Counted from the first letter of the stretch, positions 28,471-37,282 are shown. The stretch: DNA of 64,000 nt from an uncultured Bacteroidales bacterium (GCA_964477095.1 CAYZDA010000007.1:13446-77445), one strand, 5' to 3'. Notes: generated by a model not told the origin, from the letters alone. A program made the numbers and translations.

Positions 28471-29364
28471 ATGATACAGGAGTTAGAAGCAACTGAGCGC
28501 AAACAAGTGCTTGCGTTCTCCTCTTCCAGAGACATAGTGAACCAGGCACTTAAAAACAACATCCACAACACCACCTTTTCTCCTGCCGACGCAATTCCTT
28601 CCGGCTTTTACAAATTAGATCAGAAAACATCAGGATTTAAAAAATCAGAATTGACGGCAATCGCGGTACGCCCGGGCATGGGCAAAACCTCGTTTCTGCT
28701 TTCGCTGGTCAATAACATGGCCATCAAGCAGCGTCGTTCGGTAGCTATTTTCAGTTCCGAACGGTCAGCAGCCAAGATAATCCAGCGTCTGATCGAAACA
28801 GAAACCGGCTTATCACTGAACAGGATACGTGAAGGCAGGCTCTCCGACAGTGAAAAAGATCATGCCAACACCATGGTCAATAATATTTCCAACGCCAATA
28901 TCTACATTAATGATGACCCAAATCCGACGGTGGAAAGCATTAGCCTGCAAAGCCGCAAGCTAATGGAAGAAAAAAAGCCCGACATTATTTTTGTGGATTA
29001 CCTGGAAATGCTTGCTGCTAATGTTCACGAGCCCGAAAGACGCAAACAGGAATATGAACACATTATAGATGAGCTTCGCAACCTGGCCGCTGAACTGGAA
29101 ATTCCGATAGTGGTTTTTTCACAACTTTCAAGAAGCAGCAATGAAAACCGCCCGTCCATCAGTGATGTAGGTAGTTTTCTGAAAGACAAGGCTCAAAATC
29201 TGCTCTTTCTGCATCGTCAGAACTTCGGCGGAAAAGCCTCCGGCATGCCCGAGGGTTATACCGAAGTGCTGGTTGCAAGAGACACACATTGTGAAAAACC
29301 GGGAAAAGTAGGCATTAAGTTTATCGAAAGCATCGATAAGTTTGTGAATTTAGAGGTGGAATAG
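28471..29364 (+). CDS. DnaB-like helicase C-terminal (RecA-fold) domain protein lacking the DnaB N-terminal domain
   Basis: Linker-like IPSGFYKLDQKTSGFKKSELTAIAVRPGMGKTSFLLSL (Walker A), Walker B-like IIFVDYLEML, and SQLSR motif VVFSQLSRSS. Only 297 aa. Confidence 0.7.
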   Translation: MIQELEATERKQVLAFSSSRDIVNQALKNNIHNTTFSPADAIPSGFYKLDQKTSGFKKSELTAIAVRPGMGKTSFLLSLVNNMAIKQRRSVAIFSSERSAAKIIQRLIETETGLSLNRIREGRLSDSEKDHANTMVNNISNANIYINDDPNPTVESISLQSRKLMEEKKPDIIFVDYLEMLAANVHEPERRKQEYEHIIDELRNLAAELEIPIVVFSQLSRSSNENRPSISDVGSFLKDKAQNLLFLHRQNFGGKASGMPEGYTEVLVARDTHCEKPGKVGIKFIESIDKFVNLEVE

Positions 29365-29379
29365 AAATTATTGTTTTAA

Positions 29380-29411
29380 AAAAAGCTGTCCTGTTTCCGG
29401 GACAGCTTTTT
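29380..29411 (+). terminator. Intrinsic (potentially bidirectional) terminator after the DnaB-like gene
   Basis: aaaaa-gctgtcc-tgtttccg-ggacagc-ttttttt. Perfect 7-bp GC-rich stem flanked by an A-run and a T-run. Confidence 0.8.
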
Positions 29412-29979
29412 TTATGCAATGTCTGTAATTCATGAATTTTCTCTACGGCAATTCCCATTGCCATTCCCGTTGATGAAACAAAAAATGAAATCTATGCCGG
29501 GAACAATGAATGTGAAAAAATGAATACAGATCCGGCTTCAAATCTTCTATCATATCTAAATACATCACTGCATCTCAGACATCGGGCTATGGTAGTGCTA
29601 CAGCAAGCCAGCACCAGTAATACCCACCGGATAAAATCAGATTACAGCTTATTGGAACTGAATAAATATCAGGACGTATTTATTTGGGTTCCGCAGTAAA
29701 TTAAAGACCATAAATAACCCCAAACAGCATTTACAGCACTTTTTTCACAAAAGAACATAAATGTGTTGCAGGAAAACAAAACTAAAAAAGCAATAAACGC
29801 AAAGAAAAGAATCCGTCAACTGGGATATGAATTGCCCCGGTGCGGGCAGGTTAACACTAAGATATTGAATTCTTCAGCTTTACAATGCCGGGTACGCAAC
29901 ATAAAAAATCAAAAGTGGGCCATGCAATGCACAAAGCGGGAAAAAAGTTCCATTTCTGCGAACAGATGGATTACCGGAT

Positions 29980-31131
29980 TCAGAACAGCAAACGCTTGCT
30001 TTCCAGAGGGAGAGAAAACCAGAACAGGGCGCCTTTTTCCCCAGAACTATCCACACCTGCCCTGCCGCCATGTTCTTCCACAGCCTGCCGCGCGATATCC
30101 AACCTGCTTCGTTTAAGTACTCCGCCATTTTCCAGATGAAAAATCCTCTCAACTTCTGCCTGATCCACGTTGGTGCCTTCATTTTTCACACTGATTCTTA
30201 TCTGATCATTGAGCAGTTTCACTGACAGTAGCACCTCAGTTCCCGCGGGCGAATGCCTTAATGCGTTAAGAAGAAAATCGTTAAGAACCCTGTTGATCTT
30301 AAAAATGTCAAAATCGAGAGGAACAGGAAAGCCGGGCAGCTCTGCTTTGAGCTTAATGCCGGAGGCCTCAGCCGTTGGCATCATCAGGCTTATGCTGTCT
30401 TCGATCAGCTGGATTAGATCAGCCTGTTTGGTAATAACCAAATCAGATTCCTCCCTTTCCGTTATTCCCTTTGCCAGCTTACTATCGATTACCTCAAAAG
30501 CGCGTACGGCTACATTTTTCAACTCCTTCAGCATTTCCACGCGGTCACTCTCATTCATGCTGTTATTTTGCAATATTTCAGAAAAACTGTAGATGACGGA
30601 TAAGGGATTCTTCAGGTCATGAATTGCTGATTCTATATGGCGCTCTTTATTGTATTCAAGTTCCTGCAGTTCAATCAGCTGCTTTTCTATCTGCTGCTTT
30701 TGTTCTTCCTGCAGGGTAATATCATCGAGAATAACCAATACCATTTTCTCATCCTGATACCGGATTATTCTTGTAGAATACTGGAAATATTTACGGATGC
30801 GCCTGCCGCCTATCAAAAAGTCCCTCACCAGCTTTTTTCTGTTACTTGGGATATCCTTCATTAGTGAAGATTCCAGCGACTTTCTAAGGATACATTCTTT
30901 ACAGCCGGCTGTGGAACCACAGGGTGAGCCATCTTCCACGAAAATGCATCCCAGTGCATTCCCACATAATTCTCCAATAATTTTATCCTCCTGCCTGAAA
31001 AACAATACCCGGAAAGAATCATTAAATGCTCTTATGCGGGTATCGCTATCCACAATGAAGATAGCAGAAGTAATGTTTTCCAGCAACAGGTTCAAAAACT
31101 CCGTGGAGTTTTTAAGACTTCCGGTATTCAT
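29980..31131 (-). CDS. PAS-domain sensor histidine kinase-like protein with a Cys-rich insert
   Basis: PAS-like N-terminus (ITSAIFIVDSDTRIRAFNDSF). H-box SAIHDLKNPLSVIYSFSEIL. N-box LLNALRHSP. Weak G1/G2 (VKNEGTNVD; no GxGLGL). C-terminal GALFWFSLPL. Confidence 0.75.
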   Translation of the reverse strand: MNTGSLKNSTEFLNLLLENITSAIFIVDSDTRIRAFNDSFRVLFFRQEDKIIGELCGNALGCIFVEDGSPCGSTAGCKECILRKSLESSLMKDIPSNRKKLVRDFLIGGRRIRKYFQYSTRIIRYQDEKMVLVILDDITLQEEQKQQIEKQLIELQELEYNKERHIESAIHDLKNPLSVIYSFSEILQNNSMNESDRVEMLKELKNVAVRAFEVIDSKLAKGITEREESDLVITKQADLIQLIEDSISLMMPTAEASGIKLKAELPGFPVPLDFDIFKINRVLNDFLLNALRHSPAGTEVLLSVKLLNDQIRISVKNEGTNVDQAEVERIFHLENGGVLKRSRLDIARQAVEEHGGRAGVDSSGEKGALFWFSLPLESKRLLF

Positions 31132-31136
31132 CTTTT

Positions 31137-31568
31137 TTATTCCTTTATTTCGATCAACTGGATATCGAAAACCAGCTCCCTGCCTGCAAGGGGATGATTA
31201 CCATTGAGCACGACATTATCGCCGTCAATTTCATCAACTTCAACAATTACAGTGCGTCCGTCCTGCTGAGGCACTTCAAACTTCTGCCCCACTTTCACAT
31301 CCATATCCTTAAAAACTTCCTTCTTGTCAACAGTCAGCATTAATTCCTCATGCTTTTCACCATAAGCTTCTTCCGGCTTGATTTTTACCGTTTTCTTTTC
31401 ATTTTCTTTCATGCCTTCCACGGCCTGATCGAAACCTTTGATCATTTGCCCGGCGCCAACTTCAAATTCAAGCGGTTCTTTAGTTACTGACGAATCAAAA
31501 ACAGTATTATCGGTAAATTTACCCGTGTAATGTACTTTAACTTTATCACCTTTCTTTGCTTGTGCCAT
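31137..31568 (-). CDS. FKBP-type peptidyl-prolyl cis-trans isomerase (SlyD-like, with IF insert)
   Basis: GDKVKVHYTGKFTDNTVFDSS...PLEFEVGAGQMIKGFDQAVEGM and C-terminal NHPLAGRELVFDIQL. Confidence 0.85.
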   Translation of the reverse strand: MAQAKKGDKVKVHYTGKFTDNTVFDSSVTKEPLEFEVGAGQMIKGFDQAVEGMKENEKKTVKIKPEEAYGEKHEELMLTVDKKEVFKDMDVKVGQKFEVPQQDGRTVIVEVDEIDGDNVVLNGNHPLAGRELVFDIQLIEIKE

Positions 31569-31594
31569 AATTCAAGAGTTTTTTCAAATTTTGT

Positions 31595-31602
31595 CAAAGA
31601 TA
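31595..31602 (-). promoter_or_regulatory. TAnnTTTG -7 element upstream of the FKBP gene
   Basis: Minus strand reads tatctttg, 27 nt before the ATG at 31568. Confidence 0.5.
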
Positions 31603-31919
31603 CTAAACATCTGTGAATTCATGAAACCGGGATGTGATTTTTCCCTGTCCCGGTTTAATTTAGAATAGCGCATACTGAACCCGGTACGGCCGGTCACGGG
31701 CGAAAATCATTTCAAGATATTCACCAATTTATACTTTTCGGATTGGCTCAAAAACTGTAATTTGTTTGCTGAAACCAGATTTCATCATGATTTTTTAGCC
31801 CACTGCGATTCAGCTCAGGCAGAAAATGGTTTTCAATGCTTTTTCACCCAGTATCCCCGACGCTTAAACATTGAAATTCAGGAATCCTTCTTAGTTTGCC
31901 TTTGCAAGATAGGTTTTCT

Positions 31920-33356
31920 TTACAGACATCCATATTTTTCAGAGGGAGCTCTATTTTCCAGCAGTAAAATATTTTCCACGTGATGAGTGTGGGGAAACAT
32001 ATCAACCGGCTGCACTTTCGCCACCCGGTAATGTTCTTGCATCAGAGCCACATCACGGGCCTGGGTGGCGGGATTACAGGAAACGTACACCATTCTGCGC
32101 GGACTGATCCTGAGCAACTGCGCCACCACATCTTTGTGCATCCCCGCCCTTGGCGGATCAGTAATGACAACACCGGGTCTGCCGTGTTCGGCAACAAATT
32201 CATCTGTCAGTATTTCAGCCATATCACCTGCCACAAATTCAGCATTGGTGATATTGTTCCACTGCATGTTAAGTTTAGCATCATTTACGGCCTCAGGCAG
32301 ATACTCAATTCCAATAACCCTGGCTGCCTGAGGGGCCAGAAACAGTGCAATGCTTCCGGTGCCGGTGTACAGATCATAAACCACATCATCAGCAGTAATG
32401 CCGGCAAACTCCCTCACTTTTCGGTACATTTTTAATGCCTGCCCGGTATTTGTCTGAAAAAAAGAAAGCGGATCAATTTTGTAACGGATGCTTTCAAGTT
32501 CTTCAGTAAGGTATGGCAGGCCGCTATACAGCTTTGCTTTAAGGCCTTCCAGGCTGTCATTTTTTTTATTATTTACGATATACATCAGGGAAACCACCTG
32601 CGGGAACTGCTGCCGGAGTTCACCCAGGATATTTTCAATAGCCTCCTGCCGTTCTTCACTCATTATCAGCACGACCATCCATTCCCCTTTTTGATTGTTT
32701 CGCACCATCAGATTTCGCAACAGCCCTTCATTCCGGCGGGCATCATAAAAGGAATACCTGTATTTTTCAGCCTGCATTTTCACAAAGTCGCGGATACTAT
32801 TGGAAAGGTCATCCTGCAGGTAGCAGATGTTTAAATCCAGTATGCGGTCAAACATGCCGGGCATGTGAAATCCAAGCCCGTTCATATCACGATCCTCAAA
32901 ATCCAGGTCTTTGGAATAATCGGTGAGCCATTTCTTATTGGAAAAGGAGTATTCCAGTTTATTCCTGTAGCGGGTTTTTTTTTCAGAACCGAGGATGGGA
33001 GAAACACCAGGCAAATCCAGTTTACCTATCCTTTCCAGCTGATCGACAACCTGCTGTTGTTTAAACTCCAGCTGTTTTTCATATGGGATATGCTGCCATT
33101 TGCAGCCTCCGCAGGTGCCAAAGTGCTCGCAGAAAGGCGTGGTGCGCAATTCCGAGAGCCTGTGGATCTTTTCCATCCTGCCTTCCATATACTGCCGGCG
33201 CTTTTTCGTTACCTGTACATCAGCCAGATCACCGGGTGCTGCAAAGGGTACGAATACCACCTTTTCGTTTACCCGTCCGATTGCTTTTCCCTGCGAGCCA
33301 AAAGCCGTAATTTCCACATTCTCCAGATAAGGCCGCCTGTTTCGTTTCCTTCCCAT
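31920..33356 (-). CDS. rlmD: 23S rRNA (uracil-C5)-methyltransferase RlmD/RumA family
   Basis: TRAM-like N-terminus (ITAFGSQGKAIGRVNEKVVFV), Fe-S Cys motif CEHFGTCGGCKWQH, SAM motif VYDLYTGTGSIALFLA, and catalytic region DPPRAGMH...YVSCNPATQARD. Confidence 0.85.
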   Translation of the reverse strand: MGRKRNRRPYLENVEITAFGSQGKAIGRVNEKVVFVPFAAPGDLADVQVTKKRRQYMEGRMEKIHRLSELRTTPFCEHFGTCGGCKWQHIPYEKQLEFKQQQVVDQLERIGKLDLPGVSPILGSEKKTRYRNKLEYSFSNKKWLTDYSKDLDFEDRDMNGLGFHMPGMFDRILDLNICYLQDDLSNSIRDFVKMQAEKYRYSFYDARRNEGLLRNLMVRNNQKGEWMVVLIMSEERQEAIENILGELRQQFPQVVSLMYIVNNKKNDSLEGLKAKLYSGLPYLTEELESIRYKIDPLSFFQTNTGQALKMYRKVREFAGITADDVVYDLYTGTGSIALFLAPQAARVIGIEYLPEAVNDAKLNMQWNNITNAEFVAGDMAEILTDEFVAEHGRPGVVITDPPRAGMHKDVVAQLLRISPRRMVYVSCNPATQARDVALMQEHYRVAKVQPVDMFPHTHHVENILLLENRAPSEKYGCL

Positions 33357-33377
33357 ACATTATGATATTTAAGTTTG

Positions 33378-33385
33378 CAAAGGTA
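33378..33385 (-). promoter_or_regulatory. TAnnTTTG -7 element upstream of rlmD
   Basis: Minus strand reads tacctttg, 22 nt before the ATG at 33356. Confidence 0.5.
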
Positions 33386-33795
33386 GCTATTTATCAGCTT
33401 TCCTAAAAAACGGTGTGCATGATAAAGGCTAATTATCCCCGCAATTTGACGGGCAGGACACACATTGTTTGGACAAAAGCCAGGCTGGATGAGGATTTAT
33501 TTTGGAGTTTGTCTTCAAATAATTAGCAAACCTCTCAACCACACGCAGGGAGATTCTTCAGTAGGCTTTATATCGCTTTGTGAACAAAAGTCTCCAGCGG
33601 AATAACAGAGTATGGATGGAAAAAATGAGAGATGGTTAAACAGAATATTTGCACCTGAAATTATCACAAAAACGGTGTTGACCATATGGAATTAGATGGC
33701 TGTTTCTTTCGGCGAGGACTTCCCTGAGCCCTGCATTAAATCTGCAACCTGTAGAAGGTAATGACGATATGTTCACCACTCAAAGTTCACCAAAA

Positions 33796-33828
33796 AAAAG
33801 CCGCTTTCGTTTTTTCGAAGCGGCTTTT
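33796..33828 (-). terminator. Intrinsic terminator after iorB (A/T runs on both sides)
   Basis: aaaagccgcttTcg-ttttt-cgaagcggctttt, about 20 nt downstream of the iorB stop. Confidence 0.75.
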
Positions 33829-33848
33829 TACTGTAAATAACTTTAAGG

Positions 33849-34430
33849 CTATTTATTATTCTGTGCGAAGTCGCGGCCTGCTTTCAATGCCTCAAGGTTA
33901 GCATCAATCACTTCCTGTCCCTTTTTCTTAAAGATTGCCTTGATGGCATCTTCAAGCGCCTCATACTCAATATCCAAAAACGGGGAAGCAGCTCCCAGCA
34001 CCACAATATTGGCGGCTTTTTTCACGCCCAGATCCTTGGCAATCTTTTCAGCATTTAAGGCCACATAGCGCGGCTGCTTTTTGATTTCATCTATCAGTGC
34101 TTTTTCTTCCGGATAATCAGGAATATTATTATAAGGAGTGGTGTTAGTGATCAACCAGCCATCGCTGCTCAGGTAATTCAGATAGCGCAATGACTCCATT
34201 GGTTCAACCGAGATAATCAGATCCGCCTTTCCCATTGGGATAAGATCAGAAGCAATGGGTTTGTCGGACAAACGAAGATTGGATTGCACATCACCTCCGC
34301 GCTGGCTCATGCCATGCACTTCGGCCTGTTTCAGATAAAGGCCTTTGGAAACGGCAGCCATCCCGATTGTAGCTGCAATTGACAGAATTCCCTGACCTCC
34401 TACACCGGCTAATATGATATCTTTTTTCAT
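33849..34430 (-). CDS. iorB: Indolepyruvate ferredoxin oxidoreductase subunit beta
   Basis: MKKDIILAGVGGQGILS... matches the 2-oxoacid:ferredoxin oxidoreductase gamma-type domain. Lies directly downstream of iorA. I prefer the ATG at 34430 because the track's longer ORF overlaps the iorA 3' end. Confidence 0.8.
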   Translation of the reverse strand: MKKDIILAGVGGQGILSIAATIGMAAVSKGLYLKQAEVHGMSQRGGDVQSNLRLSDKPIASDLIPMGKADLIISVEPMESLRYLNYLSSDGWLITNTTPYNNIPDYPEEKALIDEIKKQPRYVALNAEKIAKDLGVKKAANIVVLGAASPFLDIEYEALEDAIKAIFKKKGQEVIDANLEALKAGRDFAQNNK

Positions 34431-34470
34431 ATGTCTATTCTTGTATTTTGGTTTTTTTGATTCAGGCTGC

Positions 34471-36084
34471 TTAGCTTTCCTTTTTAGCTTTAAATTTAGC
34501 ACGCATGCGCTTGTTAATGGCAACAATGCACTCGCGGCGTGGAATAATCACAGATACACCGTCGTATTCTATTTCCTCTTTAACTATCTTCACATTTTCC
34601 TCGTGATATTTTTTCAGGGGACGCATCACCCGGATATGTTCTTTCTCCACCCCAATGCCTTCACATATCTTTTCCAGGCGTCCGGTGGCGGAAGAATCCT
34701 GGCCTCCGGTCATAGCGGTGGTATCATTATCAAGGATAAAAACAGTGATCTTTGATTTATCATTCACGGCATCCAGCAGGCCGGTCATGCCTGAGTGCGT
34801 GAAAGTAGAGTCGCCGATAACGGTAACGGCGGGATGCAGACCGGCATCGGCAGCACCTTTTGCCATAGTAACAGAAGCACCCATATCCACACAGGTATTG
34901 ATGGCATTGTATGGCTCCAGCGCGCCCAGTGTATAACATCCGATGTCGGAGAACACGTGGCCGTCGCCATATTCCTTCAGCACTTCACCTAACGCGTTGT
35001 AAGAATCGATGTGCGGACAACCGGCACAAAGCTTAGGCGGGCGTCCCTTTACCACGTCGGGTACTTTATCTTCAAATGGTTCTTCCATTCCCAGAGCGCG
35101 GGCCACCTGGTTAGGATTCAACTCACCGTCGCGTGATAGCGTACCATCCATGCGCCCTTTAATATTATGGCAATCATCCAGAAAACCGCGGATTTGCTCT
35201 TCCACCATCGGCATACCTTCTTCCAGTATCAACACTGAACCGGTTTCCTTCACCATGCGCTCAATGTGATTCCGTGGCATTGGATACTGGGTAAGCTTCA
35301 GCACCGGGTAAGGCACCTTGCCATCTTCAAAGTTTTCAACCAGGTAGTTATATGCCAAACCACAGGCAATGATACCCATACTCTTATCACCGGCATCGAT
35401 ATACTCATTGTATGAAGAATTAGCAGATTCTTCTTCGAAAGCTGTCTGGCTTGATAGCAACCCCTTATAACGTTTACGGGCAATGGAAGGCAGCAACACA
35501 AACTGATTGCGGTCTGCAGGCAGTTTCAGCTCGTTTTGCGGCAGGCTCGCTTTCCTGGCCACACCGGCTCTGGAATGTGCCAGCCTGGTGGTGATACGCA
35601 TCAGCACTGGAATCTGGAATTTCTCAGAAATCTCAAACCCATAGTGGACCATATCATATGCTTCCTGCTGGTTGCTGGGTTCGAGGATAGGGATCATGGT
35701 AAACTTACCATAAAACCTGGAATCCTGCTCATTCTGGGAAGAGTGCATAGAGGGGTCATCCGCTGCAACCACGATCAGTCCGCCGTTTACACCGGTAATA
35801 CCGGAGTTGACAAAGGCATCTGCTGCCACGTTCAAACCCACGTGTTTCATGGCTACCATGGCACGTTTGCCTGTGTATGACATACCCAGAGCTGCTTCCA
35901 TAGCCGTTTTCTCGTTGGCAGCCCATTTCGACCTTATATTTTTTTCAGCAGCTTCGGCTGAGCCCTGTACATATTCAGTAATTTCGGTGGAAGGAGTGCC
36001 AGGGTACGCAAACATACCGGACATGCCGGCATCTATACCGCCCTGTGCAATGGCCTCATCACCTAATAACAGAAGTTTTTCCAT
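34471..36084 (-). CDS. iorA: Indolepyruvate ferredoxin oxidoreductase subunit alpha
   Basis: LLLGDEAIAQGGIDAG N-terminus, TPP-binding GDSTFTHSGMTGL, and PPKLCAGCPH motif. 537 aa. Confidence 0.85.
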   Translation of the reverse strand: MEKLLLLGDEAIAQGGIDAGMSGMFAYPGTPSTEITEYVQGSAEAAEKNIRSKWAANEKTAMEAALGMSYTGKRAMVAMKHVGLNVAADAFVNSGITGVNGGLIVVAADDPSMHSSQNEQDSRFYGKFTMIPILEPSNQQEAYDMVHYGFEISEKFQIPVLMRITTRLAHSRAGVARKASLPQNELKLPADRNQFVLLPSIARKRYKGLLSSQTAFEEESANSSYNEYIDAGDKSMGIIACGLAYNYLVENFEDGKVPYPVLKLTQYPMPRNHIERMVKETGSVLILEEGMPMVEEQIRGFLDDCHNIKGRMDGTLSRDGELNPNQVARALGMEEPFEDKVPDVVKGRPPKLCAGCPHIDSYNALGEVLKEYGDGHVFSDIGCYTLGALEPYNAINTCVDMGASVTMAKGAADAGLHPAVTVIGDSTFTHSGMTGLLDAVNDKSKITVFILDNDTTAMTGGQDSSATGRLEKICEGIGVEKEHIRVMRPLKKYHEENVKIVKEEIEYDGVSVIIPRRECIVAINKRMRAKFKAKKES

Positions 36085-36122
36085 CTCTTTTATGTTTATT
36101 GTTCATTATTTTCAATCGAGCA

Positions 36123-36130
36123 CAAAGCTA
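36123..36130 (-). promoter_or_regulatory. TAnnTTTG -7 element upstream of iorA
   Basis: Minus strand reads tagctttg, 39 nt before the ATG at 36084. Confidence 0.5.
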
Positions 36131-36221
36131 ACAATTTTTTGGATTCTCCGGCCCGGGATTTATTTCATGTTGAATTTGAGAGGCAAAGGTTATACCTGTC
36201 TTTGATGTCATGAAATTGAAC

Positions 36222-36229
36222 TATATTTG
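36222..36229 (+). promoter_or_regulatory. TAnnTTTG -7 element upstream of acpH
   Basis: tatatttg, 15 nt before the ATG at 36244. Confidence 0.5.
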
Positions 36230-36243
36230 TACAGCACGATAAT

Positions 36244-36843
36244 ATGAATCTACTGGCTCATTTATATTTATCCGGGACTGATGACCAGATCAGGCTTGGA
36301 AATTTTTTTGCTGATTCTGTAAAAGGGAAACAGACTGAGAAGTACAGCCCAAAAATCCAGCAGGGTATCAGGCTGCACAGGGATATTGACACTTTTACAG
36401 ATCATGACAAAACGGTTAGGAAAAGTGTAAAAAGACTGCGCCCGAAATATCATATGTACGCTGGTGTGATCATCGACCTGGCTTATGATCATTTTTTGGC
36501 AACAAACTGGCAGCAATTTACCGATATGGACATGGACAACTTCATCAGCAACAGCTATCGCCTTCTGCTAAAAAACTACAATCTCCTGCCGGGCCGTACA
36601 CGCCGGTTTCTTCCCTTTATGATTTTCAATAACTGGCTGAAAAGCTACAAGTCGCTTAATGGTTTGCATGACAGCCTGCTGGGCTTATCAAGACGCACCA
36701 GCTTTGATTCCGGAATGGAATATGCCATAAAAGATGTGAAATTACACTATGATGAGTTGAAAGAAGATTTTCTTGTCTTTTTCCCGCGGATAATAGAATT
36801 TGTAAAAACCGATCCTGTGGTTGTGTGGTATGATCAGGAATAA
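36244..36843 (+). CDS. acpH: Acyl carrier protein phosphodiesterase
   Basis: MNLLAHLYLSG...GNFFADSVKG...GIRLHRDIDTFTD...DLAYDHFL is collinear with E. coli AcpH (MNFLAHLHLA...HRRID..TD...DHFL). Confidence 0.8.
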   Translation: MNLLAHLYLSGTDDQIRLGNFFADSVKGKQTEKYSPKIQQGIRLHRDIDTFTDHDKTVRKSVKRLRPKYHMYAGVIIDLAYDHFLATNWQQFTDMDMDNFISNSYRLLLKNYNLLPGRTRRFLPFMIFNNWLKSYKSLNGLHDSLLGLSRRTSFDSGMEYAIKDVKLHYDELKEDFLVFFPRIIEFVKTDPVVVWYDQE

Positions 36844-37241
36844 ACAGTGGCCAGGATCTTCCTCGAACCTCCGTGATCTCTGAATTCTCCCAGATAAATC
36901 CCCTGCCAGGTACCGGTATTTAGCCTGCCGTTTGTGATGGGGATGCATACCGAGTTGCCGAATATGGCGGTTTTGATGTGGGCCGGCATATCATCACTCC
37001 CTTCAGATGTATGATCAAAGTCATAGTCCTCGGGAACCAGATCATTCATAAAACGCTCAAAATCTGTCCTTACAGATGGGTCTGCATTTTCATTTAGAGT
37101 AATGCCTGCTGAAGTATGCTTCACAAACAGGTGCAACATTCCCTGATCGGGCAGCTCACCCAAATGGCTCATGATCTCATCCGTTACCAGGTGCACCCCC
37201 CTGGGTTTTTCCTTCAGTTTTATTTCTTTTTGTATGATCAT
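36834..37241 (-). CDS. yjbQ: YjbQ/UPF0047 family protein (secondary thiamine-phosphate synthase)
   Basis: HTSAGITLNENADPSVRTD...SDDMPAHIKTAIFGNS..IPITNGRLNTGTWQGIYLGEFR. Its 3' end overlaps the acpH 3' end by 10 nt (convergent). Confidence 0.85.
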   Translation of the reverse strand: MIIQKEIKLKEKPRGVHLVTDEIMSHLGELPDQGMLHLFVKHTSAGITLNENADPSVRTDFERFMNDLVPEDYDFDHTSEGSDDMPAHIKTAIFGNSVCIPITNGRLNTGTWQGIYLGEFRDHGGSRKILATVYS

Positions 37242-37274
37242 TTAATCAGACGCTTTTAAACCCGTTAAAAATAC

Positions 37275-37282
37275 TACATTTG
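37275..37282 (+). promoter_or_regulatory. TAnnTTTG -7 element upstream of the methionine gamma-lyase-like gene
   Basis: tacatttg. It overlaps the track's TTG start at 37280, which argues for a downstream ATG. Confidence 0.5.

Noticed and set aside
29763-30139. Two overlapping plus-strand ORFs (117 and 84 aa) and a 100-aa minus-strand ORF near the kinase 3' end
   Set aside because: They are mutually exclusive, they overlap the PAS kinase C-terminus, and their basic, Cys-rich sequence looks random.
34431-34526. N-terminal 32-aa extension of iorB in the ORF track
   Set aside because: The extension overlaps the iorA 3' end. The conserved MKKDIILAGVGGQG N-terminus begins at the ATG at 34430.
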